A stretch of 56,074 bases of DNA, taken from assembly GCF_001447785.1 (NCBI RefSeq), contig NW_015175496.1, positions 1 to 56,074 of the forward strand, written 5' to 3'. The notes under the pieces are model-generated. The model made no database searches, was not told the origin of the DNA, and saw only the letters and a list, made by a program, of their open reading frames with translations. Of this stretch, positions 36,501-47,157 are shown in pieces; the stretch's first letter is position 1; each line of letters starts with the position of its first letter. Source of the DNA: Gekko japonicus. Its lineage: Eukaryota. The position numbers and the translations under genes were made by a program.

Positions 36501-39115
36501 AACCTTGGTCCCCTCCATACAACAGCCATTACAAATGTGGCTTTTTTGCCCAAGCAGGTCCCAGAATAAATTTGCTAGAATGTCAAAGGGGACCCCTTTC
36601 TACCTTTCCCACCAGTGGAAAAACTCGTTGTTTCCAACCCAATACCCTTCATGACTGGGATAACAATAGTGCATTATTAGAGAGGTAAAGGTTGGTATTC
36701 TTTCACTCTAAGTGTCAATGGTTTAATCATACATCAACAGATGAACACTAAAATAATGTCTAATATATTCAGCCCTAAAGTTCTTTCATGGTTTTTGATA
36801 GGTGGTGCCCCTTTCTGTGTGCAATGACTACTGCCTGCCTGGTTACCAGAAGAAAAAGAAGGAAGGAGAGAAATTTTGCTGCTATGATTGCATCCTGTGC
36901 CCAGAAGGAGAGATTTCAAGCCAAAAGGGTAAGCAATGCATGGTACAATTCCAAACAGAAGAACATCCTTTTAAACTATGGAGGTCCTGCCCTCTTCCGT
37001 CTCTCACACACGTGATTTTCCCTCCAATTTTATTTGTTCTTTTCTGGCTGAGCATCCCCTTTATCCATTTTCTTCTTATTTGAAAGATTATGGCTGTCCC
37101 ACTGTGTCACATTATTATAGTTTGATGCTGGCTCAGCCCAGGGACTTGAGGAACGAGACAAATATCACGTCCTTAGCTGGTGCTTCTAAAAATGTAGAGG
37201 GGAAAAGGTTAGGTGGGGTAAAATCTCTGAGGTGAATCAATAATAACTGTGAGGTAACTTAGTAAATCCACAAACTCCAGTTAATATCTTTCCAGCAAAT
37301 AAGGGTTTTCAGCTTTTCACAAGGTCTTAGAACCTTTGAGGCTTTATTTTGTGTCTGTTAAGCACTCCAGTATAACTGACTATTTAAGTTTCAGAAGGTA
37401 GGGATACAATATGTACCCAATTCCTTCTCTTGAAACAAACCAGGGATCATTCCCCTCTTTTGACCTGTCTCCCTTTTCACCTGGGCAGGGAATCACTTCT
37501 CTAAACTAGAAGCTCTGTCCTTTTTCCTGGCCTGAATGGGGGTCTTCAGTGATCCTCCCACTCCTCCTTGCCACCTTCCCAGTTCTCAGTCAGTGTTAAA
37601 CTGAATTCTCTTCAGCAGTCAATTCCCAGCTCTTCCTTCTCAACTGAAGCAATCCTATGAAAACTGTTTGAGCAACCTGTCACTCAAAAGTTCTCTGGCT
37701 CACTGAGGCATTAACCCCTCACAGTCTGACACATGTTTATACAGGACTTATGAGCTTTCAAAGAACCGTCCATCACATAAACCCTTAGACTTCAATATAT
37801 TTAGGTGGGTGTAACCTTAGATAGGATTATTCTGGTAGTATACCAAACTTTCCAACATACTGATAATACTGATGACCATTAACCAAGTGGTTATACCTTT
37901 GATTATACCTTTCATGTTAGCATGGGGTTTCATCCTCCCAGAAGGTTACGGCCATTTGAGCACAGGTCAAAGAACCCAGTGTGTTTCATTGCTGTCAGTT
38001 CAGTCAATCAACTCTGGATCATAGATTGCATGTAATAAAGGCATGCACATTAATTTGATTTCAAAGCTAAAACCCATGAAGTGTTAACTGCATGAAGAAG
38101 CATAGATACTGTATTAGATTTTAATAACATATAAGTGAATATGTGAATTGGCTGTAAGGACTGGCATTATATGATAAGACCTTTTTTTTTTTCCTTTTCA
38201 GACTTGGATGAATGCACCCAATGCCCAGAAGATAAATATCCAAGCAAGAACCATGATCAATGTATTCCCAAAATGATAAGCTTTCTGTCTGCTGAAGAAC
38301 CTTTGGGGATCAGTTTAGCCTCTATTGCAGTTGTTTTTTCCCTGTTCACTGTCTTGGTGCTTGGAACATTTATAAAGCACAGAGATACCCCCATCGTCAA
38401 AACCAGCAATCAGAATATCACTTTCATTCTCCTGATCTCCCTTCTGCTTTGCTTCCTCTGTTCCTTGCTCTTCCTTGGAAGACCTAGAATGGTGACCTGC
38501 TTTCTCCAACAACCAGTTTTTGGGATCATCTTCACAGTGGCTGTTTCTTGCATCTTGGCCAAAACCATCACTGTAGTTATAGCTTTCATGGCCACCAGAC
38601 CGGGGTCTAAGATGAGGAAATGGGTGGGGAAAAGGCTGACTAATGGCATTGTTCTTTCATGTTCCCTTATTCAAATGTGTATTTGTGCGGTGTGGCTAGG
38701 AACCACTCCCCCATTCCCAGCTGTGGACACAAAGTCAATGACTGAACAGATAATCATAGAATGTAATGAGGGATCTGCAATCATGTTTTATGTTGTTCTG
38801 GGCTACTTGGGCCTTCTGTCCCTCATCAGCTTGGCTGTGGCTTTCCTAGCCAGGAAGTTGCCAGACAGTTTTAATGAAGCCAAGTTTATCACCTTCAGCA
38901 TGCTGATTTTTTGCAGTGTTTGGGGGTCTTTTGTTCCAACCTACCTAAGTACCAAAGGGAAATACATGGTGGCAGTGGAGATCTTCTCTATCTTGGCTTC
39001 CAGTGTTGGATTACTGGCTTGTATCTTTTCCCCTAAATGCTACATCATTCTTCTGAGGCCAGAGTTAAACAAGAGGAAACAGCTAATATGGAGAAAGAAA
39101 GAAATTGTCCTATAA
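27307..39115 (+). CDS. Vmn2r: V2R-3: intact vomeronasal type-2 receptor, 880 aa, close paralog of V2R-2
   Basis: Exons 27307-27521, 29534-29825, 30526-31392, 34464-34691, 36802-36928, 38202-39115. Exon sizes match V2R-2 and the frame is open. Confidence 0.92.
29534..29825 (+). CDS. Vmn2r: V2R-3 exon 2
   Basis: MVTKFYQH...KIPQ|GTAGG. Confidence 0.92.
30526..31392 (+). CDS. Vmn2r: V2R-3 exon 3
   Basis: TTTAG|LIYGPF...QPWQ|GTAAC. Confidence 0.92.
31829..32170. mobile_element. hAT-type MITE
   Basis: TIR CAGGGGTCATTTCG / CGAAACGATCCCTG; TSD TTGGTAAG. Confidence 0.85.
32221..32425. mobile_element. hAT-type MITE (CAATGTTCCCTCTAAG family)
   Basis: TIRs plus TSD CTGGCAAC. Confidence 0.88.
32645..33152. 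mobile_element. Harbinger-type MITE
   Basis: Degenerate GGC..GTCACAC TIRs; internal palindrome AAACTAGTACCTC-T-GAGGTACTAGTTT shared with 7749-8112; absent from V2R-2. Confidence 0.7.
33449..33820 (+). pseudogene. Orphan 3' half of a V2R exon 3 inside V2R-3 intron 3
   Basis: Open frame [26 protein letters not shown]...[17 protein letters not shown]...QPWQ|GTAAC; clearly diverged from the resident exon 3. Confidence 0.88.
34464..34691 (+). CDS. Vmn2r: V2R-3 exon 4
   Basis: TACAG|LHSFLQH...SFNQ|GTATT. Confidence 0.92.
34807..35473 (+). mobile_element. CR1 LINE, 5'-truncated, ORF2 C-terminus open
   Basis: [19 protein letters not shown]...LEKVQKRAT...[20 protein letters not shown]...WNSLP; (TTCTTATG)n tail; possible TSD ATGGG; absent in V2R-2. 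Confidence 0.93.
36049..36331 (-). mobile_element. Squam3-like SINE, V2R-3 specific
   Basis: Near-identical to 23060-23321; absent at the paralogous site ~22410. Confidence 0.8.
36802..36928 (+). CDS. Vmn2r: V2R-3 exon 5
   Basis: GATAG|[11 protein letters not shown]...SSQK G|GTAAG. Confidence 0.92.
38202..39115 (+). CDS. Vmn2r: V2R-3 exon 6 (7TM)
   Basis: TTCAG|[11 protein letters not shown]...KEIVL*. Confidence 0.93.
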
Positions 39116-41666
39116 TATATGTATCTTCAATAGTGTCTACAGATTCTATATGTTGGCCTTTTTCAAGAAGCAGGCCAAGGCTACCATATATGTCGGTCCA
39201 ACCTATTCTACTCACATGTTCAAAACAAATTCAATGTATCTGTTAATCATGTATATGAATGGCAAATTGTGAATTAAATTTATGAACTGAACAGAGGCAT
39301 GGAGAGTGATATCATAGGCCCTAGAGCAGAAAAAAAAAGAGGAAGATATCGTATTGAATGGAACTAGTGAAGTGGAAGAGAGGCACTGACCTGACCTGGG
39401 CTGGATCTGGGCTGCAGAATGACAGATGGTGACTATCAATAAACTGTGCATGATTTCTTTTCTTGAAAATTCTCATAGAGCATTCAAATCCCTTTCATCC
39501 CCCTTGCAGTGAATAACTCTTTTGCTGTTGTTGTTTTTTATTCATTGTTACTACTGACCACTTTGGAAAGCTGGAGAAAGGTAGCTTTGTGGCGTGGCTT
39601 TCAGGAAAGATGGTACCAATTTCCAGAACTCCTCGATCCCATTATAGGTAAAATGCACAAATCTCACCCTGCATCAGAATTGACTTGCATTCATGAAAGA
39701 TGGTCCTTTCCCACCACTGGGACAACCCTCAGGTTTATAGAAAAATATATTTTTAAGTGAGGGGAGATTTATTATCCTTTTTTTAAAAAGGAAAGAAAGA
39801 ATAGTGAGCTCTCACAATGTTCCATGGAGAGATCTTTGCCGCCATCTTGGGAGTTGCCTATTACGAAGGCTGAGGTCTTAAATACCATTTTAAAAAGAGG
39901 TAGTGTGCTGCATAGTTTAACCAGTGTGGTCTCTACCTCAACCTCCACCTGACAGACTGAACCCCAGTGGCTTCTGAAAGTACTAATTCCCAGATGAGTT
40001 TTGAGGTAAATGGGGGAGGGGGACAGTAACTTTTATTTACTTCCTTTTGTTGAAAAAAGGTTGTTGAATGAAGAGTCTTGAAATGATAGACAAGCAAAAC
40101 ATGCAGAATTTGCTTGGCCCATGCAGTTATAAGTTTTTAGGTGATAATTTATTGGTGCAGAGAGTAGTTCTGTGCTAAGTTTTTATTCCTGGGGTGAATT
40201 TTTGGCCTTTCCATAACCTTAGGAATCTCTTAATATAAATGCATTTTTCATCTGGAAATGCCAATCACTTTGCTTTTTCCCCCTAAAAGCCATACTTTGA
40301 GACATATAAACTTCCAGGGAAAGAATTTATCCCAGCCTATAACTCTGAAAGATAGGAGGAGCTGGTGGCAGTGGGAGAAAGGCATAGACAAATGTGTCTG
40401 GGTTGGTTTCAGAAGTCACAGGAGAATATGTTTTTCACAGTTGCTGCTAGTCTCAAGTATTTAGCAATTGAAATAACTTTCTGCTAACACTTTATGCATG
40501 AATACAGCATGAACAAAGGGTAAAAAATAGGGCAAAAACTATGGGCTCAAAGTAAGTGACAGGTGGGAAGAAAAGTTTTAATTAAAATACAGTTCTGAAC
40601 ACTTCTTGCTTATAGACATAACAGTGCAAAATATGGGGAGGACATTTTTGTAGGTAATTTCATGGATAGGGTAAGCAGATCGTTCCTGAGGATGAAAGGT
40701 CATCCACTGGCAGGTGATTGCACAGAAGGGGACAGATGAATTTCCCTGGGGACAGAGTTCCAGAGGTTTGAATCATCACTGAGAAGTAAAAGATAAGCAG
40801 TTTGAGAATGGGGGAAAAATCAAATCTCTACTTCTAAAGGGACAGTTGAAGCTTCTTGCTTTGGGAGATACCTACATGTCATATTCTTGTGTTCTTGACT
40901 TTTACCATTATAGAAGGAGACCTAATCTTCTGTCTTTTCCATATGTGAAAGACATCTATCTGAAATCCCAGAGAGCTGCCACTAGTTCCAGTAAAAATAT
41001 CATTGTTTATCAATGACAGAGGTACATGACATAGTCACACCTTTAACCAAATTCCCATTTTCTGGAATTTTTATTCCCTACTATGGAATTCCAAGTTGGT
41101 TAGTTATGACTTGCGCGGATAGATAAATACGTTGATGTGTCTTCTGCAGTTCTGATCTCTCTCTATGTGTTGGAAACAATGGTTAACACTCTATGTCTAA
41201 TACATCTTGCCCTTGCACTGTTGAGCTCAGAATAAAATACAGACCTCAAAGCTCTAAACAGAGACTTATGGCAAAGTCCTTGGGCAGAAACACCCTCAAG
41301 GGACTGGTACAATATTAGCTTTCTAACACATAAGAGAGGAGGTAATTAGCCTTTCAGTTAAAGCCACAAGTCAGCATTCTCAGATATTATTTTTATTACT
41401 GTTCCATCATGATCATTCTTTAGAGAACTGCTCCCTTCTTCTGAGAAGAATTTTCTGGCCTGACTGTATGAATAGATGGCCAGATTTGTTCAGACATGTG
41501 TGGTGAAAACTGGGAGACATCTAAGGACTCTGTTTAAATGATACCTGGAAATCCCAGTGGATTCATTAACATTTATGGCAGATTTGGCACAGACTGTTTT
41601 CTCTGTTGGTGAGCCTATATTTCAAATTTGGAGCTAATGTAATAGTGGAGGTTGAGGGCAATGCAA

Positions 41667-41668
<2 letters not shown>

Positions 41669-41710
<42 letters not shown>
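41669..41710. repeat. (AG)n microsatellite
   Basis: About 21 AG units. Confidence 0.95.
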
Positions 41711-41712
<2 letters not shown>

Positions 41713-41837
41713 TACTTAAAGTGGTTTACTGTGGACAAGCCAAGGTTTGAACTGTCATATCTGAATCTAGATCAGAGTGGAAAACACTGTTTTAAGTAAC
41801 AAAGTCGATCTTTTTCACAGGCCATAAACGTTCACAA

Positions 41838-42010
41838 AATCATAGAATGTTAGAGTTGGAAGGTACCTTGCAGGTCATCTAGTCCAACCCCCTACACTCT
41901 GCAGGAGCATAGCCGAAAGATAGCCCTACAACATGCCCGAAAGATGGTCATCCAGCCTCTGCTTGAAAACATCCAGCGAAGGAGCATCCATCACCTCCTG
42001 AGGCAGTCTG
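41838..42010 (-). mobile_element. CR1 3' end
   Basis: ATCATAGAAT...GAGTTGGAAGG...GGTCATCTAGTCCAACCCC is the reverse of a CR1 tail. Confidence 0.7.
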
Positions 42011-42777
42011 TAAAGTTCTTTGTTCAAGATCCAGAATCCAGAACTTAACTTCAATTATGGGGAAGAGAATGTAAAACCAAAACACGGGTAGATATGAAGT
42101 CAAAATGGTTCTATGAATGACCGGGGTGGTGTGACTACTAAAACTTGGTGGAGGGCGGGATCCAAATTACCTATAAGGTCTATTATGTAACTTTGAGGAA
42201 GACATTCTCTTGCCGCTTAGAGAAATGTTCTCATACACCTGTACGACTGTCCATTATTTTTGTGTCACGTTGCAATGCAACTGTCCTCTCAAAATACTAT
42301 TGGTGGTGCCATGTGAATGCTGTTTTTGTTTATTTGTTTACAGTGTGGTGGCACATTCTTACATGTTCCTGTAAAGGGATACACTTGCATGTCTGAATCA
42401 GCCCTATCCTTCCCTATATCATTGTCATGATGATTTCAAAAGGGTGGGAGGAAAGATGGCATAGAAAGGTGATCAAAGATTCAGGCAAAGAGATGCAGGT
42501 AAAGATGAAATTCTTAAGGATAAGGAGAATGTTAGGTTTTACAGCCATAAACACTGAATTCAGAAGTGGGGTGTGAGAGAGGACTGTTTGACGTGTGGTC
42601 GTATTCGGTGCAGCCAGTGTAACCTACCCTTTCTCTCTCTTTTTTATAGAGATTCAGGTGGCTGCAGCCAATGATGGTTAGAAACTGTGGCCAGGGTACA
42701 AGCAAATATTAGCTCCTAGTAAGTCACAAGCTCATAGCGCTCTGGTTGAAGACGTGCTGAGTCACCACCACAGCACT

Positions 42778-42816
42778 GGTATTTGTCCTGGCCCCACATT
42801 GCTTTTGTACATTGTG
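42778..42816 (-). other. 23-RSS of VH-1
   Basis: CACAATG + 23 bp + ACAAATACC. Confidence 0.9.
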
Positions 42817-43280
42817 AGCTTCCAGCACAGTAGTATGTGCCGGTGTCTCCTGTCTGCATGCCTCTCATCTCTAAATAAACCTGGTTCTTGGAAGTGTCTC
42901 TGGAGACGGTGAGGCGGTTTCTCAGGGAGCCAAGATAGTGCTTGTTGTCATTCCAAAAAACGAGACACAGCCACTCCAGGTCTTTCCCTGGGGGCTGACG
43001 AATCCAGCTCACTGAAGACCCCTCATCAGTGAGGGAGAATCCATAAGCGTAGCAGGTGAGCCGAAGGGTCTCTGATGCCCTCAGCTGTGCTGGTCCAGAT
43101 TGGTCCAAGGTCACTGCAGACTGGACACCTGGAGAGAAGGATGGAAAGGGTCTATTATGAAAAAGACCTGGGTCTTCAAAGTAGCAGAAGAGAAACCAGG
43201 ATGAATGAGATTGTGTCCATGAAAAGGCACTTACAGAGTGGAGCAGCTAACAGAACCAAGGCCAGGAGCACAGAGTGCAT
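42817..43280 (-). CDS. IGHV: VH-1: complete IGHV segment (clan II-like, VTL-SGP/GFSL type)
   Basis: Leader 43280-43235 ([15 protein letters not shown]|GTAAGT) and V exon 43128-42817 ([13 protein letters not shown]...LTC...[13 protein letters not shown]...[15 protein letters not shown]...[10 protein letters not shown]). Confidence 0.92.
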
Positions 43281-43409
43281 GGTCCCTTCTGGAGGGAAGA
43301 CAGAAGGGAAAAAATAGGGGAAGAATGAGTGCTGTTGACCTCCAAGTCACACTTTGACTGAAGACAGGATTGTAAAATCCCGCAGATAAGAGGGGCCTGG
43401 GTGAGGGAT

Positions 43410-43417
43410 ATTTGCAT
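43410..43417 (-). promoter_or_regulatory. Ig octamer of VH-1
   Basis: ATGCAAAT 130 bp upstream of the leader ATG; a second, inverted variant ATGTAAAT lies at 43429-43436. Confidence 0.85.
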
Positions 43418-44339
43418 ATCCAATCTTTATGTAAATTGATATTCAGGGACTGTTTCCACTAAAGGTGATGCTGTTGTGAAATGCTTATGAGCCAATCACT
43501 GAGTGAGATTCTTGCATTCCGGATGAAGAATGCCTTGACCATTCAGTTTTCACATCCCACAAGCAGTTTTCCTGTGGTGGATTATGGACACAGGCATGGT
43601 TAGCCACACCGGCCAGGAGGAATTCAAGGCAATTTTGCTGCTTTTTTTCTTTTCTCCACCACACTGAAGGGAAGGTGAGCAACATTGGTGCTCCTTTCTA
43701 TTTGCTTCCTTCCCCTCTTTTGCCTCAGCCCTTGCCAGGGAAAAAAAGTGGGCGAGCAGGGGTGACTGTGGGGAGGTAGGGCCAGTGGCTTCCATACATG
43801 ATCAGTGTTCAACACTGTCTGCTGCATGGTTCCATGACCTGCATGGGGAGGTGAACTGACTCCATGGTAGAGCACCTATTTAGCATTTTTAACATCCCAG
43901 ATTCAATTCCTACCATGTCCAACGAAGGATTAGGTAGCAGGTGTTGGTGAAAAAACTCCACAAGAGACCCCAGAGAGCTGCTTCCAGTTCGAGTACAAAA
44001 TACTGAGTTTGAAAGATTATTGGTCTGATTCAGTATAGGGCAGACTCATATGTGTTTATGTGTGTCTAGTGGCTGTCTTCTTTATGATGGTGAGAGAAAG
44101 TAGGGAGGTAGTGACCAGTGTTGGGGGCAAGGGATGAAGAAAGAAGAAGAAAGATGGGAGGAGGAAGTAGCAGTGGGAGGAAGGGATAGAGTAATTTTCG
44201 GGGGGGGGGTGTCATAGGTTATAGGCAAATGAGTGTCTCACAGCCCCCACTTGTCTCAAATATTTAGCAACTGACATCATTTCCTGCAGTCTACACATGT
44301 TGTGGGACATAGCCAACAATTGGTTGAGATACTGGTGGG

Positions 44340-44609
44340 TGCTAAGTTTGGTGTAGTGGCTAGGTGTGTGGACTCTAATCTGGGAGAACTGGGTTTGATT
44401 CCCTACTCCTCCATTTGCAGCTGCTGGATGACCTTGGGCAAGCCATAGTTCTGTCAGAGCTGTTCTTGAAAGAGCAGTTTCTGCCAGAGCTCTCTCAGCC
44501 CCATCTACCTCACAGGGTGTCTGTTGTGGGGAGGGGAAGGGAAAGGAGTTTGTAAGCCGCTCTGAGACTCGGAGTGAAGGGCGGGGTATAAATTCAATCT
44601 CCTCCTCCT
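44340..44609 (+). mobile_element. Squam3-like SINE
   Basis: Family motifs; GAAGGGCGGGGTATAAAT tail. Confidence 0.8.
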
Positions 44610-45182
44610 AATAGGGCAAAAAACTACGAGCTCAAAGTAAGCATTGGGAAGGAGAATGTATTTAAAATACAGTTTGGAACATTTCTTGTCTCTAAACACA
44701 ACACAGCAAAATGAGAAAACAATTTAATGTACAGGGAGTAAATTGACATTTCCTGAGGTGGGCATGCAGGACTGTTTGGGAAAATTCAGAGGGGCGCAAG
44801 ATATGCATTCTGTGATTTGTCACATGAGTGTCCTGAAAGTTTATTGACCTTGGGCCTGGTGGTAATTCCGCATGCATGAAAATCACACAGACAGATTTTA
44901 AATGTGATGGGCTTAAATTGTCTTAAATCCATGATTAGAATACCAGAATGCATCAACACAAAAAGGTTCTGTAGACTTTATGCCCTGGATTCCCCCAAAG
45001 GCTCTTGGAAATAGTAGCTGTTGAAGGTGTTGAGAATTTTATGAGAGACTGCAAGCTATTCTATAAAGAACAGAAGTTCTATTAGCAGAGAGTTTATATT
45101 AACTCCATTTAAATCAGTTAAGGTAGATTAATTTCTTGCATCCAACATACTGCAGATGAACCAGCCTGGAGAATTTTCATGA

Positions 45183-45311
45183 AGTTTTTGTTGGGCTTCC
45201 GATTCACTTCCCCTCACTGTGTCTCTTGCACAGTAATACACAGCCGTGTCTTCGGGTTTCAGGTTAGTCATCTGCAAGTGCAGCAGGCTGTTGGAATTAT
45301 CCCTGGAGATG
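45183..45311 (-). pseudogene. IGHV: Orphan IGHV FR3 + intact-looking 23-RSS (tandem duplicate of the VH-2 3' end)
   Basis: [29 protein letters not shown], then CACAGTG (45221-45215), 23 bp, ACAAAAACT (45191-45183). Block 45065-45311 repeats 45312-45567. Confidence 0.9.
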
Positions 45312-45438
45312 AAAGAACAGAAGTTCTATGAGCAGAGAGTTTATATTAACTCCAGTTAAATCAGTTATGGTAGATTAATTTCTTCCATTCAACATACTGC
45401 AGATGAACCAGCCTGGAGAATTTTCATGATCTAAAGAG

Positions 45439-45477
45439 GGTTTTTGTTTGGCTTCCGATTCACTTCCCCTCGCTGTG
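45439..45477 (-). other. 23-RSS of VH-2
   Basis: CACAGCG + 23 bp + ACAAAAACC. Confidence 0.9.
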
Positions 45478-45932
45478 TCTCCTGCACAGTAATACACAGC
45501 CGTGTCTTCGGGTTTCAGGTTAGTCATTTGCAAGTGCAGCAGGCTGTTGGAATTATCCCTGGAGATGGTGAATCTCCCTTTCACAGAATCTGAGTAGTAC
45601 GTTGAGGTGCTTTGTATGTAGGCTACCCATTCCAAGCCTTTTCCATGCGCTTGCCTCACCCAGGCAAAGTAGTAGCTGCTGAAGGTGAACCCAGAGCCTC
45701 GACAGGAAAGGTGGAGGGAGTCTCCAGGCCTCTTTACGTCTCCTCCAGATTCCACCAGCTGGACTTCTGAATGGGCCACTGCAAAAAAGAAAGGTGCTTT
45801 TTTTAAAGAGAACTATCGATTCATATCTAAATTGTAACTCTCCTATATATTTGTGGGAAATAAATAAATAAATAGAACTGTACCTCTGAAGGCTGCTACA
45901 ATGAAAACAATCCGAAGCATAAATATTATCAT
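45478..45932 (-). CDS. IGHV: VH-2: complete IGHV segment (clan III)
   Basis: Leader 45932-45884 [16 protein letters not shown]|GT; V exon 45778-45478 EVQLVESGG...WVRQ...[12 protein letters not shown]...YYCAG. Confidence 0.93.
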
Positions 45933-46024
45933 TGCTGCTTTGAGGCAGATGGGCTACAAAGGAATTGGGAGCTCAGGAGTTGTGTCTCTGGGTGTAGCTG
46001 GGGTACTGGAAGAGTGTATGACAG

Positions 46025-46056
46025 ATTTAAATAGGAAGCTGCCCCTGCATTTACAT
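46025..46056 (-). promoter_or_regulatory. VH-2 promoter: variant octamer and TATA-like box
   Basis: ATGTAAAT (46056-46049) at the position where VH-3 has ATGCAAAT; TATTTAAAT 46033-46025. Confidence 0.75.
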
Positions 46057-46237
46057 ATAGCACAGGATAAAAGAGCAACGAGAAGAGTTATTGGTCAGCA
46101 ATAGCTCTTTGTGCATGTTCACCACATGTTCACCACACATGGCTGGCGTGACGGTATACAATTCTTTAACGTGCAGACCATTATGACTATTATGGTGGTT
46201 TTTTGAGTATGCCGACAGAAGGCAGATTTGCTATATT

Positions 46238-46872
46238 AATCAATCAGTTTATTACGGTCGAAGAACCATCAAACAGCATACAGAGTCAAAAACAGTCTCC
46301 AGATTGTCGGCAGGCATTAAAGGGGAAAAAAAAAACATCTCAAGGAGTATTAAGGAGGTGCTTGCGCTTTATAATTGCAATAAAAAGAAATTTAGCAACA
46401 TTCCTTGAAATAACCGTGGATTTGTCCTCCACTAGGTGTTTCAGCAAAAGTTCCTCAGACTGGATTACTAATTGTCCTTGAAACCTAAATGACCTTAATA
46501 AAGGCATAATCAAAAGGGCTCTTTCTTCTGCATAGTGGGAGCAATGAAATAATATATGAGGGAGGGTCTCTATTGACTCGGAAGGGCATGAGCAAAATCT
46601 CAAATGTCTGGGGATACGTTGGAATCTTCCAGAAAGAACTGCAAATGGAAAAGTGTCAAATCTGGCTCTGGAAAAGGCCCATCTATGATTTGGGTTGGAA
46701 ATATTAGCTAGGTATAAAGGAGCAGACATTAACGTTTTGGATTTCAGAGATTTGTAAAGAGGCGGAAGTGCGGCATAAGATGTTTGTAGCTCAATATCTC
46801 TGAGACGCTGGTAAACAATGGTTTTTGCCCTAGCATAGCCGCTTTCCAAATGTTGGTGCAGGTCTAATCCTA
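46238..46872 (-). mobile_element. 5'-truncated LINE (RTE-X-like C-terminal Cys/His domain) with 12-bp TSD
   Basis: ORF 46849-46340: AFSRARF...GRF...RFCSC...IETLPHILFHCSHY. Tail AATAAAC(TGAT)n. TSD ATTTGCTATATT at 46226-46237 and 46873-46884. Clade assignment is tentative. Confidence 0.82.
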
Positions 46873-47118
46873 ATTTGCTATATTTATTTCCTTCCTTGCT
46901 GCTCTCACAAGGGCCAAGAAGGCAGCAAACAAATTAGAACATACATTATAAAAACATATTTTAAAACCATCCCCAAACTGCCTCTTGGGCAGAGTGTTTT
47001 GCTCTTAACTCCACCAAATTCAGAAAGATAGATAGTACTTTAATTTCCTTTCTTGTATTTTCTTACATTCAAGATACTGCAGAAGAACCAGCTGGAGCGT
47101 TTTCATGATCCTAAGAGA

Positions 47119-47157
47119 GTTTTTTGCCTGGCTTGAGATTCATTTCACCTCACTGTG
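47119..47157 (-). other. 23-RSS of VH-3
   Basis: CACAGTG + 23 bp + GCAAAAAAC. Confidence 0.88.

Noticed and set aside
39705-39760. RAG-mediated origin of the 3.4-kb deletion (CACTGGG at the left breakpoint)
   Set aside because: No credible nonamer at 12 or 23 bp, and the other breakpoint is in FR1, not at the VH-1 heptamer.
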